This document shows positions 29,081 through 39,005 of a stretch of 64,000 bases of DNA, piece after piece. Origin of the DNA: a virus (taxonomy: Duplodnaviria > Caudoviricetes); the IMG/VR virus record IMGVR_UViG_3300048598_000287, positions 128,001 through 192,000 of that record. One strand, given 5' to 3'. The notes below the pieces were generated by a model. It did not search any database. It was given only the letters and a program-made list of their open reading frames with translations, and had not been told where the DNA came from. The position numbers and the translations under genes are program-made. Numbering within the stretch: position 1 is the stretch's first letter; each line of letters opens with the position of its first letter.

Positions 29081-29422
29081 TTACAAAGTGAACATATATC
29101 CCATTATTAGCCCTGATGCCGTGTATGGGTAGGAAGTGTTGCCATTTAGGATTGCGCACCGGAACACGTCTCCGGTGGATAAAGTTTTAACGCACCTTGA
29201 GAAAGCGCTGCCATGGTCGGCATCCTTAAGTACAAAATAATCCGTGTCGCAGCGTTTCTCGCACTGGCCGATTCGGTATTCCAGCATATTGATCGCGCTG
29301 TTCCGTTCCTTGCGCGTTTCCTCGCGTTCATGCCGGATTGAAGAGTTCTCCGTATGGGCTTTAATATACGCAGTCAAAGCGCCCAGGCAGGCTATGATAG
29401 AAGTTGCTAATACAGGATCCAT
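29081..29422 (-). CDS. Holin-like N-terminus fused to a beta-rich fragment
   Basis: TM helix plus charged coiled coil, then a tail-fibre-tip-like C-terminus. Confidence 0.45.
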   Translation of the reverse strand: MDPVLATSIIACLGALTAYIKAHTENSSIRHEREETRKERNSAINMLEYRIGQCEKRCDTDYFVLKDADHGSAFSRCVKTLSTGDVFRCAILNGNTSYPYTASGLIMGYMFTL

Positions 29423-29424
29423 AA

Positions 29425-30576
29425 TTATACCGCCGTAGTGAATGATACGGGGATATGAAATTCATAAGCAGTCCCCGCAGTGAAATTGCCGAAAGTAGTT
29501 GTCGCGGCAAAATTCATAAAAGAATTAGTGCCGTTATTATATATGTTGCAGAATACAGTGCTCTCTCCTGTAAAAAGAACAAATCCTCCGCCGGTCATAA
29601 GCCCGTGGCTAGAAGCTAGTTGTACTGCCAGGGTACTTTGATTTTTAGGAGAAATGCCGGTGCTTGTATAAGGGCCGGCTCCAGTTCCGAAATACCAGCC
29701 GGACGCGCTCTGCGGATTGAAAACTACGGTTCCTTCCAGTAGTCCGCAGAATCCGCACCGGGAGAGCTTGAAGCTGTTTATGACCGTGTACTTCTGTACG
29801 GAAGAATCTGATCCGTATATTAAGTACATCTGGAACAGTCCCGACGTACTGGATGCGTTGGTGGGGTGATTGTAGGTCCCGTTCCCGGTGCTCCATGCCA
29901 TATCCGCCGTTCTAGTGAACATCGTGGTTGACGCCGCGTATCCTATGGAATTGGCGGAATAGGCGTTTGGATCCACCAGGGAGCTTGCCGATGCCAGGGT
30001 CTGGCCTCCGGACGCGCTTATTACATTGTTCGTTATGGTTATGTTCGTTCCGGCGGTGAGCTTGTCCTGCTTCCCGGCGACAGCCGCTGTGAGTGTGTTG
30101 TCCGCGCTCTGCCGCGCGTTAACCTCCGTAGTGAGCGACGCGTTTAATGCGCCGTCCGCGGCCTCGCGGTTGGTTATTTCCGTGTTTATGCGGTCGGAAA
30201 GCGCCGTGTCCGCCGCAGTCCGGTTTTCCGTTTCTGTAGAAAGATTAGTGGCCAGCGTAGAAATGCGGTTGTTAATGGTCGTGTCCGCGGTAGACCTGTT
30301 GGATATTTCCGTCTGAAGGTCGGCAGCCGATACGGCCCCTATATTTTCCCTGGCGATAGATTGTTGCTCTGATGTTTTTGCTTGGGTTGTATATAATACA
30401 GATTGATTGAAAGCATCGGACATAACATATTTCTTTGTTACGGGCGTTCCTGTAGTCGATCCCCCTATATTATTGTCATTGATTGTAACTGGAACGGTAG
30501 CTTTGGTAATATCGATGTTTGCTATTTTTTCTTCAGCAAGTAGTGATAGCTTCTTGGTATTGAGAATCATGATCAT
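29425..30576 (-). CDS. Tail fibre / receptor-binding protein
   Basis: ExxxRxxADxxL repeats, KQDKLTAGTNITITNNVISA motif and a beta-rich tip. Confidence 0.7.
   Translation of the reverse strand: MIMILNTKKLSLLAEEKIANIDITKATVPVTINDNNIGGSTTGTPVTKKYVMSDAFNQSVLYTTQAKTSEQQSIARENIGAVSAADLQTEISNRSTADTTINNRISTLATNLSTETENRTAADTALSDRINTEITNREAADGALNASLTTEVNARQSADNTLTAAVAGKQDKLTAGTNITITNNVISASGGQTLASASSLVDPNAYSANSIGYAASTTMFTRTADMAWSTGNGTYNHPTNASSTSGLFQMYLIYGSDSSVQKYTVINSFKLSRCGFCGLLEGTVVFNPQSASGWYFGTGAGPYTSTGISPKNQSTLAVQLASSHGLMTGGGFVLFTGESTVFCNIYNNGTNSFMNFAATTTFGNFTAGTAYEFHIPVSFTTAV
30095..30320 (-). repeat. Four coiled-coil coding repeats (E-x3-R-x2-AD-x2-L/I)
   Basis: EISNRSTADTTI, ETENRTAADTAL, EITNREAADGAL, EVNARQSADNTL; coordinates approximate. 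Confidence 0.7.
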
Positions 30577-33500
30577 CCTCCTAAAAGCAGATCACCGCTT
30601 TCAGTAGTTAAAAATTCGTTATTTTCAGAAGAAAGCACTAAGGTTGCATCTTCTACATTAGAATCATCAAACATTCCAAGCGTGGGGCTAGATATAGTTC
30701 CTCCCGTCCTGGATCCCATCGTCGGGATATCCGAACCGGGATATACGCTTCTTGCAGGTCGGCAATGCCATTTTACGGACCAGAAATTCACTTCAGGCGC
30801 ATAGTCCCCAGCCTTCTGGTTTCCATATGCTGTCATAGGTATCTTTATGCTTGAATAAAGATTATTGAACCGTCTAGCGCTGCCAAGGTCTATTTCAGCA
30901 TATCCATTTGGATTCAATGACAGATATTTTCCAAATGTAGCCACCGTCGTACCAGTTTCTGACCATGCAGAAGGGGTAAGTATATATGGAAGTGCAGCAT
31001 ATTCTCCGCTAAGGTTATTCTCTTGCTGTATTTTTTGCAGCAATCCTTGTACTTCACCTTGTGTAGGAAGCCTCCATCCTGACGGATATGTTACCGCGTC
31101 ATAGAAATAATAGCTTGACGCATCTATTCCATCTCCGTCATATCCGGTTGTAATCCATAACAGTGACTGCACAGAATTAAGATAATTATAGTATACCTTA
31201 TATTTTTTGGATGAATCAACGGCATCAGTTATTTCATTAGGCCTATCCAATGGGCTTCCTGGAGATTTAACCAGAATCACTGAATATGAAATGCCTTCTA
31301 CCCGATCAGTCACACGATACGAGAATTCTCCGCCGGAAAGAGTTATTGTAAACACTCTTTCCACATCGTTTTCCTTTATAAGAAACGATATTGTATTACC
31401 TGTTCCTCTGGCGGTTGCATTATATGCCGTCTCGGTGCGCAACGCTCCTGTAGATCCATATGGAAATGAGTTCATAAGAAAAGGTATGCATCCTTTGTTT
31501 ATTTCAAGCGCGGGTTGTGCTTCATACGGCATCCGCATTCCTTCCTTATATCCTGTTCCAAATCCGCATGGCATTACCCAAAGTGGCTGCGTCTCGCATA
31601 CTGCGGAATATACAGATGAAACAAATTTACCATCCACCATGCCAAGGCTTTTATCGACTCGGTTTGCCGCCGACTTAGGATTTGATATACCTACCGTGTA
31701 TGATTTTTCCATGGCGCCTAAAGTATCAGCACCATACATAGGCGTTAGATAATTAGTTGGATACTGATAGTAATCTTTTATAAGCCATCTTCCCTTATAT
31801 GCGGAAAATACCGCGGATATATGGATTCTGGTATATGATCCTGAGAATCGTTCCGACATATAAGTGGCAGATGCACTTTCCAGGGGAGAAGTGAATGATA
31901 CCGGAGTGGAAGCGACTGCGTCATCGGAGACCAGTTGATAAGTCATGTTATAATCTATTGCCGTGCCATCTCCTCCGGTGATCCCGGAATTAGATGCCAG
32001 GTCATTATATTCATGCGAAGTAAGATATCCTGATGGAAGGCGGCTTTCATAAATGGTAATCTCATGCGCCGTTATAAATGCGTTTTTTTCTGAATTTATT
32101 ACTCTTTCGGAATCATACATGTGCATCGGCATCTTCTGTGAATACATAGGAAGAAGGGATTTGGAATATCCAATGATTCCGGATGTGTCATTGGTATCAT
32201 CCGAATACATCGATATTAATTCCAATGGATTATTCGACCCATCGGTAAGATCCTTTGTAGCGGAAGCAGAGAATGCAACAACCTTGTCAGGAAACCCTAG
32301 GATAGCCTTACGTATTTCCGAATCGCTGCTGGAAACCATCGCTTTTACATCTGATGATGGAAGGTCAGGAAACGCGGTTCCGTCAGTTGAAAAAACATGA
32401 GACATCGGGCAGAATGGATCCATCGCTCCATTTTTAAATTCGTCCGCTATATTTTCAAGATATGATATGCCACGGAGTCCTCTATTTATCTCATTTATGG
32501 TAAGAAATCCATTTACCATGCTGCATGCTCGGTTGATGGTAAGGTCAGAGGACGATGATCCATACGCTGCGCGTATTATGCTATGGTTTGCCGCATAATT
32601 AAAAGGCGAGGAATTTTCGATTCCAGAAAGTGAATCCCCTGTAAATGTTTCTTCAGTCTTCTGCGTTGTCCCGCCCTGCGTTTTGGAACTGACATACATT
32701 ATGTTTCCACTTGCCCCGGATAGGACAGAACTCATGTCAGTATCATAAAAGATGTCAAATCCCGGAATCTTGGTTATCTTATCCCATCCGGCATACTCAA
32801 TGTTCCGTTCGTCTCCGTTTGGATAAACGCCAAGCGTATAATCAGGCGTATGTATAAGTTTTATAAGCCATTCGTTTATTTTTTTAAGGGTAGTTGCATC
32901 ATTTGTAACAGGAAGAAGACCATCAGGGGGCCACGATGTGTCCTTAACTGAATATGACGTCCCGGAATACTTATAGCCAACCCTCGATATTTTAAAATCT
33001 CCTATTAGATCCCAATACGCGAGTTTTGCCTGAGATGTCACTGACATGGTGTCATCATCTCCGGAATAATCCGTATCTATGGATGACGCCAATGCCACCC
33101 GGGTAAGCTCGCCAAGGACACTTGCCGATGGAGTAAGATCATAATTTATCCTGATCTTATCAGCCGAAGCTCCACTTATGCCAAGGGGTTCAGATAGTTT
33201 AGCAAATATATCAGAGTTGACATCAAACATCATTTTTGCCACGGATGTTTCACCGGAAGAGTCCAGCCAGTCAACATCAGCTCCCGATGTCAATCCTAGA
33301 TGGCGTATCCTTTTTCGACCGTTAAGCCGCCATGGAAATGTTCCTGTTGATGTAGGATACACAGTGGCAATCACTGCATCAGGATCATTAAAAACAGTAT
33401 CGGAATTGTCAGCAGTAGATATGAATACCGTACTGTCTCCGGCTGCCCTTTCAGTAAGGCCTTCCTTGTCATCCGAACTATTTTTAAGATATCTTATATC

Positions 33501-35534
33501 CATCATGCAGTTGGTGTCTTTCGTCAGCATAGACCATTTTCTAGATGTCGTGCTATATGGAAATGTTCCATCGACATATACCGACGTAGTATACAATTTA
33601 ATGTTTTCCATGGATGGATCTATCAATGTTTCAAATTTAACTAACATTCCATCCGATGAAATAGACTTGACCGTATAGTATCCTTGATAAGCCGTTCTGA
33701 CGCTGAATTCAATAATCTCCCCAATGGAATGGCCATCCTGCGAAAATGTATATTCATAATCATTTCCAGTGGAAGTAAGCGTTATTGTATCTGCCCCTAT
33801 TTTAACGATATCTGAAGAAGTAACTGCACGTCCGATAAGAACAGTAACCGTTGATCCGGAAACCGAACTTACTTTTCCTGATGCCATGATCTCTATAGTG
33901 CCGTCAATAATTACCTTTGATTTTGCCTTTACCCCGGTCAATGCAGAGGCAAAGGTTAAAGCGTCATATTCGGTATTTTCAGAAGAATCTACATAAAAAG
34001 TTCCGGAAACCGAAGAGACGGTAGCAGATCCCTCATATGTATATTTTTTATTACATTCTCCGGTGTTTATTATGGAAAATGCTATGCTTCCTACATCATC
34101 TGATGTAAGCGTGCTCATTGTATAAAACCTAAAATGTCCATCGGATACGGACACAGTATCGCCATTTATCCTGTTATCTGAAAGTGAGTATTGCTTTCCG
34201 GTAAGTATATATGCCCTTGGCTGACGTATATAAGAATAATACCCCTTAAGTCTGTCGGAAGATGTTCCGGAAGATGGCTGTGCGGTTATTGGAAGGGCTA
34301 TATTGAATTCTCTTTTCTCTCCATCAATGACGGTAAGAGGCGTAGTAAGATGTATATACGTTTTGCGAGGAGGAGTCGATGCTATATTTGATAGGTCCGT
34401 ATTTATTACTATTGTGTCACGTCCTCCTATCCAAGGAAGATTAGGTTCACTTATTGTTATGTTATTATTGTAACTTCCGGTGAATTCATCTTCAGGATAG
34501 TCAGGAACAGGTGTATCGGTCCCTGAACTATCAATAGCCATTGCATTCATCTGGCGTTCATATTCGTTTTTTTCAATTATGCCCGCTGAATTTATATTAG
34601 ATATCAGACATCCTTCGGAAGAAGTGTCACTAGGTATCTTACCAAAAGAATCAATGAGAAGTATCCGGCGGCCCGATGATATCGCAATAGGAGAATCGCC
34701 GAGAAACCATTTGATCAGAAGTCCGTTAGCTACGGTAGGATATTCTTTTCCATAAAATTTTCCACAGCTAATGGCATCCCCTAACCGAGAACGTAAATAG
34801 TCCCCCACCTCCTTCCGGCTCTCCGCTTTCCTATAATGATTAAGCGTTCCAGAATCATCATATACACCGCCTTCTACATTATCATTTTCAGTTCCATCGA
34901 AAGTAAGTTCAGACAAGCAGTCAGCCGGAAGGGCAGATATATATAGCCATTTATATGATATAATAGATCCGCTAGTGGAAAGGTAAATTTTATATATCCC
35001 GTTATCATCTCCACATCCGGTAAATTTAAGTATATTGTGATTATCATCCGGTATGAATGCAACAGTGATTGGTATTCCTTCATCAGGAAGCGACATTGAT
35101 GACGGTGATGATATGTAATTTCCAGTCATCACCTCATATGTTCCATTAAATTCCAAATATGCCTGATATGAATTTCCTACGGCTATCTTTACGGTCACGC
35201 CGGCGGTATATTCAGCATAATCAGTAGTAAATTTATATCCCTCTGTATCATGCCGAAGCGTTCCATCGATGGAAAATCCATCTCCGGAATTATTTATCAA
35301 AGGAAAAGAAAACACTGACTTATGGACATATATGGCGTCAGGAAGCGGATCGGAAGGAACTACGGAAACCGTGGGCACGAAAAGAGTTGGAATCTTACCG
35401 GACGGCTCTCCGTAATCGCTTACATTTACATTGGGAAATCCCAGAGGGCTTATAGTGAAATTGCCGGATGTATCACCGGTTATCTTCGCTGGCTCTCTGG
35501 AGACGTAATCCTTTATTTTTTCAATACTTGCCAT
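30573..35534 (-). CDS. Large tail/baseplate structural protein (1653 aa) with a FISUMP-like insert
   Basis: Start reassigned to MASIEK (GGAG SD, late promoter at 35556-35564); S/T/G-rich; YPSGWRLPTQGE motif. Confidence 0.7.
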   Translation of the reverse strand: MASIEKIKDYVSREPAKITGDTSGNFTISPLGFPNVNVSDYGEPSGKIPTLFVPTVSVVPSDPLPDAIYVHKSVFSFPLINNSGDGFSIDGTLRHDTEGYKFTTDYAEYTAGVTVKIAVGNSYQAYLEFNGTYEVMTGNYISSPSSMSLPDEGIPITVAFIPDDNHNILKFTGCGDDNGIYKIYLSTSGSIISYKWLYISALPADCLSELTFDGTENDNVEGGVYDDSGTLNHYRKAESRKEVGDYLRSRLGDAISCGKFYGKEYPTVANGLLIKWFLGDSPIAISSGRRILLIDSFGKIPSDTSSEGCLISNINSAGIIEKNEYERQMNAMAIDSSGTDTPVPDYPEDEFTGSYNNNITISEPNLPWIGGRDTIVINTDLSNIASTPPRKTYIHLTTPLTVIDGEKREFNIALPITAQPSSGTSSDRLKGYYSYIRQPRAYILTGKQYSLSDNRINGDTVSVSDGHFRFYTMSTLTSDDVGSIAFSIINTGECNKKYTYEGSATVSSVSGTFYVDSSENTEYDALTFASALTGVKAKSKVIIDGTIEIMASGKVSSVSGSTVTVLIGRAVTSSDIVKIGADTITLTSTGNDYEYTFSQDGHSIGEIIEFSVRTAYQGYYTVKSISSDGMLVKFETLIDPSMENIKLYTTSVYVDGTFPYSTTSRKWSMLTKDTNCMMDIRYLKNSSDDKEGLTERAAGDSTVFISTADNSDTVFNDPDAVIATVYPTSTGTFPWRLNGRKRIRHLGLTSGADVDWLDSSGETSVAKMMFDVNSDIFAKLSEPLGISGASADKIRINYDLTPSASVLGELTRVALASSIDTDYSGDDDTMSVTSQAKLAYWDLIGDFKISRVGYKYSGTSYSVKDTSWPPDGLLPVTNDATTLKKINEWLIKLIHTPDYTLGVYPNGDERNIEYAGWDKITKIPGFDIFYDTDMSSVLSGASGNIMYVSSKTQGGTTQKTEETFTGDSLSGIENSSPFNYAANHSIIRAAYGSSSSDLTINRACSMVNGFLTINEINRGLRGISYLENIADEFKNGAMDPFCPMSHVFSTDGTAFPDLPSSDVKAMVSSSDSEIRKAILGFPDKVVAFSASATKDLTDGSNNPLELISMYSDDTNDTSGIIGYSKSLLPMYSQKMPMHMYDSERVINSEKNAFITAHEITIYESRLPSGYLTSHEYNDLASNSGITGGDGTAIDYNMTYQLVSDDAVASTPVSFTSPLESASATYMSERFSGSYTRIHISAVFSAYKGRWLIKDYYQYPTNYLTPMYGADTLGAMEKSYTVGISNPKSAANRVDKSLGMVDGKFVSSVYSAVCETQPLWVMPCGFGTGYKEGMRMPYEAQPALEINKGCIPFLMNSFPYGSTGALRTETAYNATARGTGNTISFLIKENDVERVFTITLSGGEFSYRVTDRVEGISYSVILVKSPGSPLDRPNEITDAVDSSKKYKVYYNYLNSVQSLLWITTGYDGDGIDASSYYFYDAVTYPSGWRLPTQGEVQGLLQKIQQENNLSGEYAALPYILTPSAWSETGTTVATFGKYLSLNPNGYAEIDLGSARRFNNLYSSIKIPMTAYGNQKAGDYAPEVNFWSVKWHCRPARSVYPGSDIPTMGSRTGGTISSPTLGMFDDSNVEDATLVLSSENNEFLTTESGDLLLGG

Positions 35535-35555
35535 TATGTCTCCCATTAACACAAA

Positions 35556-35595
35556 TAGTTTATATGGCCGGAATATTTCGCGGCGATATAAACTA
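35556..35595. promoter_or_regulatory. Divergent pair of late promoters
   Basis: TAGTTTATA at 35556-35564 and TATAAACTA at 35587-35595. Confidence 0.7.
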
Positions 35596-35621
35596 TTGCA
35601 AGAATATAACGAGAGAAAAAT

Positions 35622-36056
35622 ATGACGTTCATCGATTTCATTCACGACAATGTATCAGACGAAAAATTCAAAAAGACCATCGATTCATTATACATCCTAT
35701 GGAAAGAATCTTACCCGGACTCTGACGTGCAAATGGAGGCGGATGACGGATCATCTACGGATACCAATGGTAATTCTGTAATTCCAGGAAATACTGCATC
35801 TACTTCAACTGAAGGTGCTAATACATCGGCAACTTCTTCTGATACAGACTGGAAAGGAGCGTTTAATCTTAATAATCTGGATGCGACTGCGGCAACTACA
35901 GTTGCCTCCCGGCTCAATGATATAGAAAAGGCAAAGGCTGATGCCGAAAAATATGCTGCATCAGCAAAGGACAATATTGACAAGCAATATGCAGAGGCGC
36001 AGAATCTGCTAAATGCATCCGCATCGTCAAAAAGCACTACGAATACCGTAGGGTGA
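35622..36056 (+). CDS. Small late protein with a leader variant
   Basis: MTFIDFIHD..KTIDSLYILWKES..QMEAD, then an S/T-rich linker and coiled coil. Confidence 0.7.
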   Translation: MTFIDFIHDNVSDEKFKKTIDSLYILWKESYPDSDVQMEADDGSSTDTNGNSVIPGNTASTSTEGANTSATSSDTDWKGAFNLNNLDATAATTVASRLNDIEKAKADAEKYAASAKDNIDKQYAEAQNLLNASASSKSTTNTVG

Positions 36057-36063
36057 GGTAATC

Positions 36064-36570
36064 ATGATGACATTTAAAGAACAATTACGAAAGATGCAGA
36101 ATTCTGATCCTGAGCTATATGAATCGATTTCATGCGCATATGCAAAAATATTGACTGAATCATCCGGAAATCAAGCTTCTCATAATTCGTCATCAAATGA
36201 TGACGACACTATAATGCAAAGCTCGACAAAAGGCGTAGAAAGCATAATGGATAAAATTCATTCCATGGTGGGAGTGAATGAGAAAAAGAAAGAAGGGGAA
36301 AAAATTCTAGATACATCCAACGATGATGTCGATACAGTAAAGCCAGATGAGGAACAGACTGCGGATCTAATGGGCAAATCGCCCGACGAATCGGCTAACT
36401 TATCTGATAATGCGCAAACTGCTTTAGATAATCTATTCGCAGATTCTTCAGCATCAGGCGAAAACAGGGAAGAATCCCAGGATGACTATGATCCATTCGC
36501 AGAAGGAGAATCTGAACTGTTTGGAGATTCTGACCAGAGTGAATCACAGGATAAATCGGACGCCGTTTGA
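36064..36570 (+). CDS. Acidic late protein with a leader variant
   Basis: MMTFKEQLRK..YESISCAYAKILTES; GAGG SD. Confidence 0.7.
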   Translation: MMTFKEQLRKMQNSDPELYESISCAYAKILTESSGNQASHNSSSNDDDTIMQSSTKGVESIMDKIHSMVGVNEKKKEGEKILDTSNDDVDTVKPDEEQTADLMGKSPDESANLSDNAQTALDNLFADSSASGENREESQDDYDPFAEGESELFGDSDQSESQDKSDAV

Positions 36571-36572
36571 AA

Positions 36573-37121
36573 TTAATCGGATTCCTCACAAAATGATGAG
36601 GCATCCTTTTCAGATGAAAAACAATCGGAGAATTTTGCCAGTCCGCTGGTAAGCGTATCGATCTCGCGGTTATATTTTACCCTCTTCCAATATTCCTTAT
36701 CAGTAGGGTGATCATTCATTATGATTGCCCTATTATCTGATAAATCGGCAATTTTTACCAATATCGCAGGTCGGCTTTCCATTATCTGGGCAAAATATTC
36801 TTCTCTGCAAGATGTCTTATTATGTGAAAGATGAACTACGGCTTCCCATACGTTCTCCGGGAAAAACATGCTTAGATCTCCCTGAGTGAATCCGCCATTA
36901 TCAAGTATATCATGAAGATAGCCTATTGTTATAATGGAATCATCCCGCTGATCCCCCTTCAAAATATCCACTACCCGCTGAATGTGGGAAAAAAGTGTAT
37001 TTCCCGCTTTGTCTTTCTGGCCAGTATGGGCAAATTCAGCAAAATCAGATGCGGTGCGCTTCATATCGCCGGTAGATTTATAAGTCCTAAGAAACTTATT
37101 TATATCTGTTCTTGTATACAT
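36573..37121 (-). CDS. HD-domain protein, small alarmone hydrolase (SpoT/Mesh1)-like
   Basis: FAHTGQKDKAG..SH..LHDILDN..VKIADLSDN. Confidence 0.8.
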   Translation of the reverse strand: MYTRTDINKFLRTYKSTGDMKRTASDFAEFAHTGQKDKAGNTLFSHIQRVVDILKGDQRDDSIITIGYLHDILDNGGFTQGDLSMFFPENVWEAVVHLSHNKTSCREEYFAQIMESRPAILVKIADLSDNRAIIMNDHPTDKEYWKRVKYNREIDTLTSGLAKFSDCFSSEKDASSFCEESD

Positions 37122-37208
37122 CAGTTCTCCGTATTTAACTTACATTTACAAACCAACATGGAATATCCATCCTGCTTCATCATTAAAATATATTTTTTTA
37201 CGCGAATT

Positions 37209-39005
37209 CTAAATCCTAGTTAAAAATACTTTATCAAACGGATCAGAAAACATTGGATATCCGGCAGTTTCCATCCCGCTGAATGCATTTCCAGGTTCAT
37301 CCGAATTGGAAATGTTCCCGGGATTGGTGGGATCGACGAATCCAACAGGCCCAATGAATACATGATCAGGTAATTGATAATAATCGAATATCTTCCATGT
37401 TCCTGAAGATGCCGAATATATGAACGTCGCCCGGTACATCACCGGTCTGTTAGCTATCCCTATGTTTTCATCATATACATAGAAATTAGTCAGTCTAGCC
37501 ATGGAAAATTTAGCTATTGGATTGGTTAGGCATGATCCAGAATATGCTTCGCTGGCATTTTTAACTGAATATACATAAATCTGCGCCTTGTTTATTATGA
37601 GATCATTGGTAACTTTCCCGTTAAGTGATGGGTTAGGCCATATACGGAAGAAAAATTCGAACGTATATCCGTCTTCTGGAAGGCTTATACCGGAGGACGT
37701 ATCCGATTCCACCGGAAGATATATGCACAGTCCCTGGTCAAGATCAGGGCCATCATAATTTATATAATTTATGGTAGATACGTTTTCAGCAGCATGGTCG
37801 AATAACATTCCGGCAGAATATGACTGCCGTTCAGTCCCGGGAATGGAATCATCGAACGCCGATGTCTTTCCAGATGTCCATACTGGAGATGATGCCACAG
37901 GATACATGGCATAATTAGACGTGCTTATGACTCCTACCTTTCGGTTATATATAGATTCAGGTTTTTTATATGATACATTTCCATCAATTGATATATTGAC
38001 ATTAAGACTGGCATAAGAATCGCCGGAATTTTTAAGCATGATTCCCTTTATATCTACATCAGGAGAAATCCTGACTATCGTAGATGAGGTGAATTTTTCG
38101 CTGATAGGAACGGCAACTATTTCCTTCCATCTATCGGAAGCATCAGATTGCTCAGTATAATTTCCGGATCCGTCATACGATCCTATATAATCAGATGGAT
38201 CGCTTCTGTTTATTCCATCATCGATTAGATTGACAAACATATGGTAATTTCCGTAGTCCGACAATGCCCTGACGACGAGGCTTCCTTTATTATATACACT
38301 GGTAGAATCCCATACTGATCCTACCTTAACTAATGAAGACGTCCCGAACATTCCCGTGTTAAGTGAAGTGACATCTTCCGTTGCGACATATATGTTTCCC
38401 GCATAAATCACAAAATGATTTTTAAGAACGGATGTCATCGATACGGCATAATCAGTTATAAGATCGGATACATATCCTAGAGTTACCAGTTCATCCCATG
38501 TTTTAGGAGAAACTGAATCCTGCTGGGTGACTATTTTTAATTCATTTGCCGAATTTCTGACTATGCTTGACTTAATATAATCAGTGGATGACGCATTGGC
38601 GACAAATATATACACATCTTCGAATGCCATCCACGAGGTTCCGCCTGAATTAGATACATTAATCCTAAGAACTAGGGTGTCCTTTTTTGCAGAATCAGAA
38701 CTGGTCGTTACCATGATCGGATATTCATTTGTATAGGCATATGAATCGGCGGCTACTGGAGAAACACTTGTTGTACCAGCTGTTATAAGCTGTGACTTTT
38801 TAGTGGGAAACGTCCATGTGTTATAATAAGGCGGACTGTCTTTTGTCAGACGAACTGTTACCGTATCTTCCGTTGAATTGTTCCATTCAACTATCGCATT
38901 GAATATCGCCTCGAAATTATAATTGTTCCTGGAAATATCTCTGCTGATAGATTCAAGAGGAAACGCATTTACATAACTAGCATTCATTTTAAACCTTCCT
39001 ATCAA
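37209..39005 (-). CDS. Tail/baseplate structural protein
   Basis: Late operon; beta-rich; WKIFDYYQLP resembles WLIKDYYQYP in the 1653-aa protein. Confidence 0.6.
   Translation of the reverse strand: MIGRFKMNASYVNAFPLESISRDISRNNYNFEAIFNAIVEWNNSTEDTVTVRLTKDSPPYYNTWTFPTKKSQLITAGTTSVSPVAADSYAYTNEYPIMVTTSSDSAKKDTLVLRINVSNSGGTSWMAFEDVYIFVANASSTDYIKSSIVRNSANELKIVTQQDSVSPKTWDELVTLGYVSDLITDYAVSMTSVLKNHFVIYAGNIYVATEDVTSLNTGMFGTSSLVKVGSVWDSTSVYNKGSLVVRALSDYGNYHMFVNLIDDGINRSDPSDYIGSYDGSGNYTEQSDASDRWKEIVAVPISEKFTSSTIVRISPDVDIKGIMLKNSGDSYASLNVNISIDGNVSYKKPESIYNRKVGVISTSNYAMYPVASSPVWTSGKTSAFDDSIPGTERQSYSAGMLFDHAAENVSTINYINYDGPDLDQGLCIYLPVESDTSSGISLPEDGYTFEFFFRIWPNPSLNGKVTNDLIINKAQIYVYSVKNASEAYSGSCLTNPIAKFSMARLTNFYVYDENIGIANRPVMYRATFIYSASSGTWKIFDYYQLPDHVFIGPVGFVDPTNPGNISNSDEPGNAFSGMETAGYPMFSDPFDKVFLTRI

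Noticed and set aside
28841-30576. Diversity-generating retroelement or invertible fibre shufflon
   Set aside because: No reverse transcriptase, invertase, TR/VR pair or repeated crossover sites seen.
35535-35645. First 37 aa of the 1690-aa ORF
   Set aside because: It spans two promoters and overlaps the divergent gene; the SD and promoter support the start at 35534.
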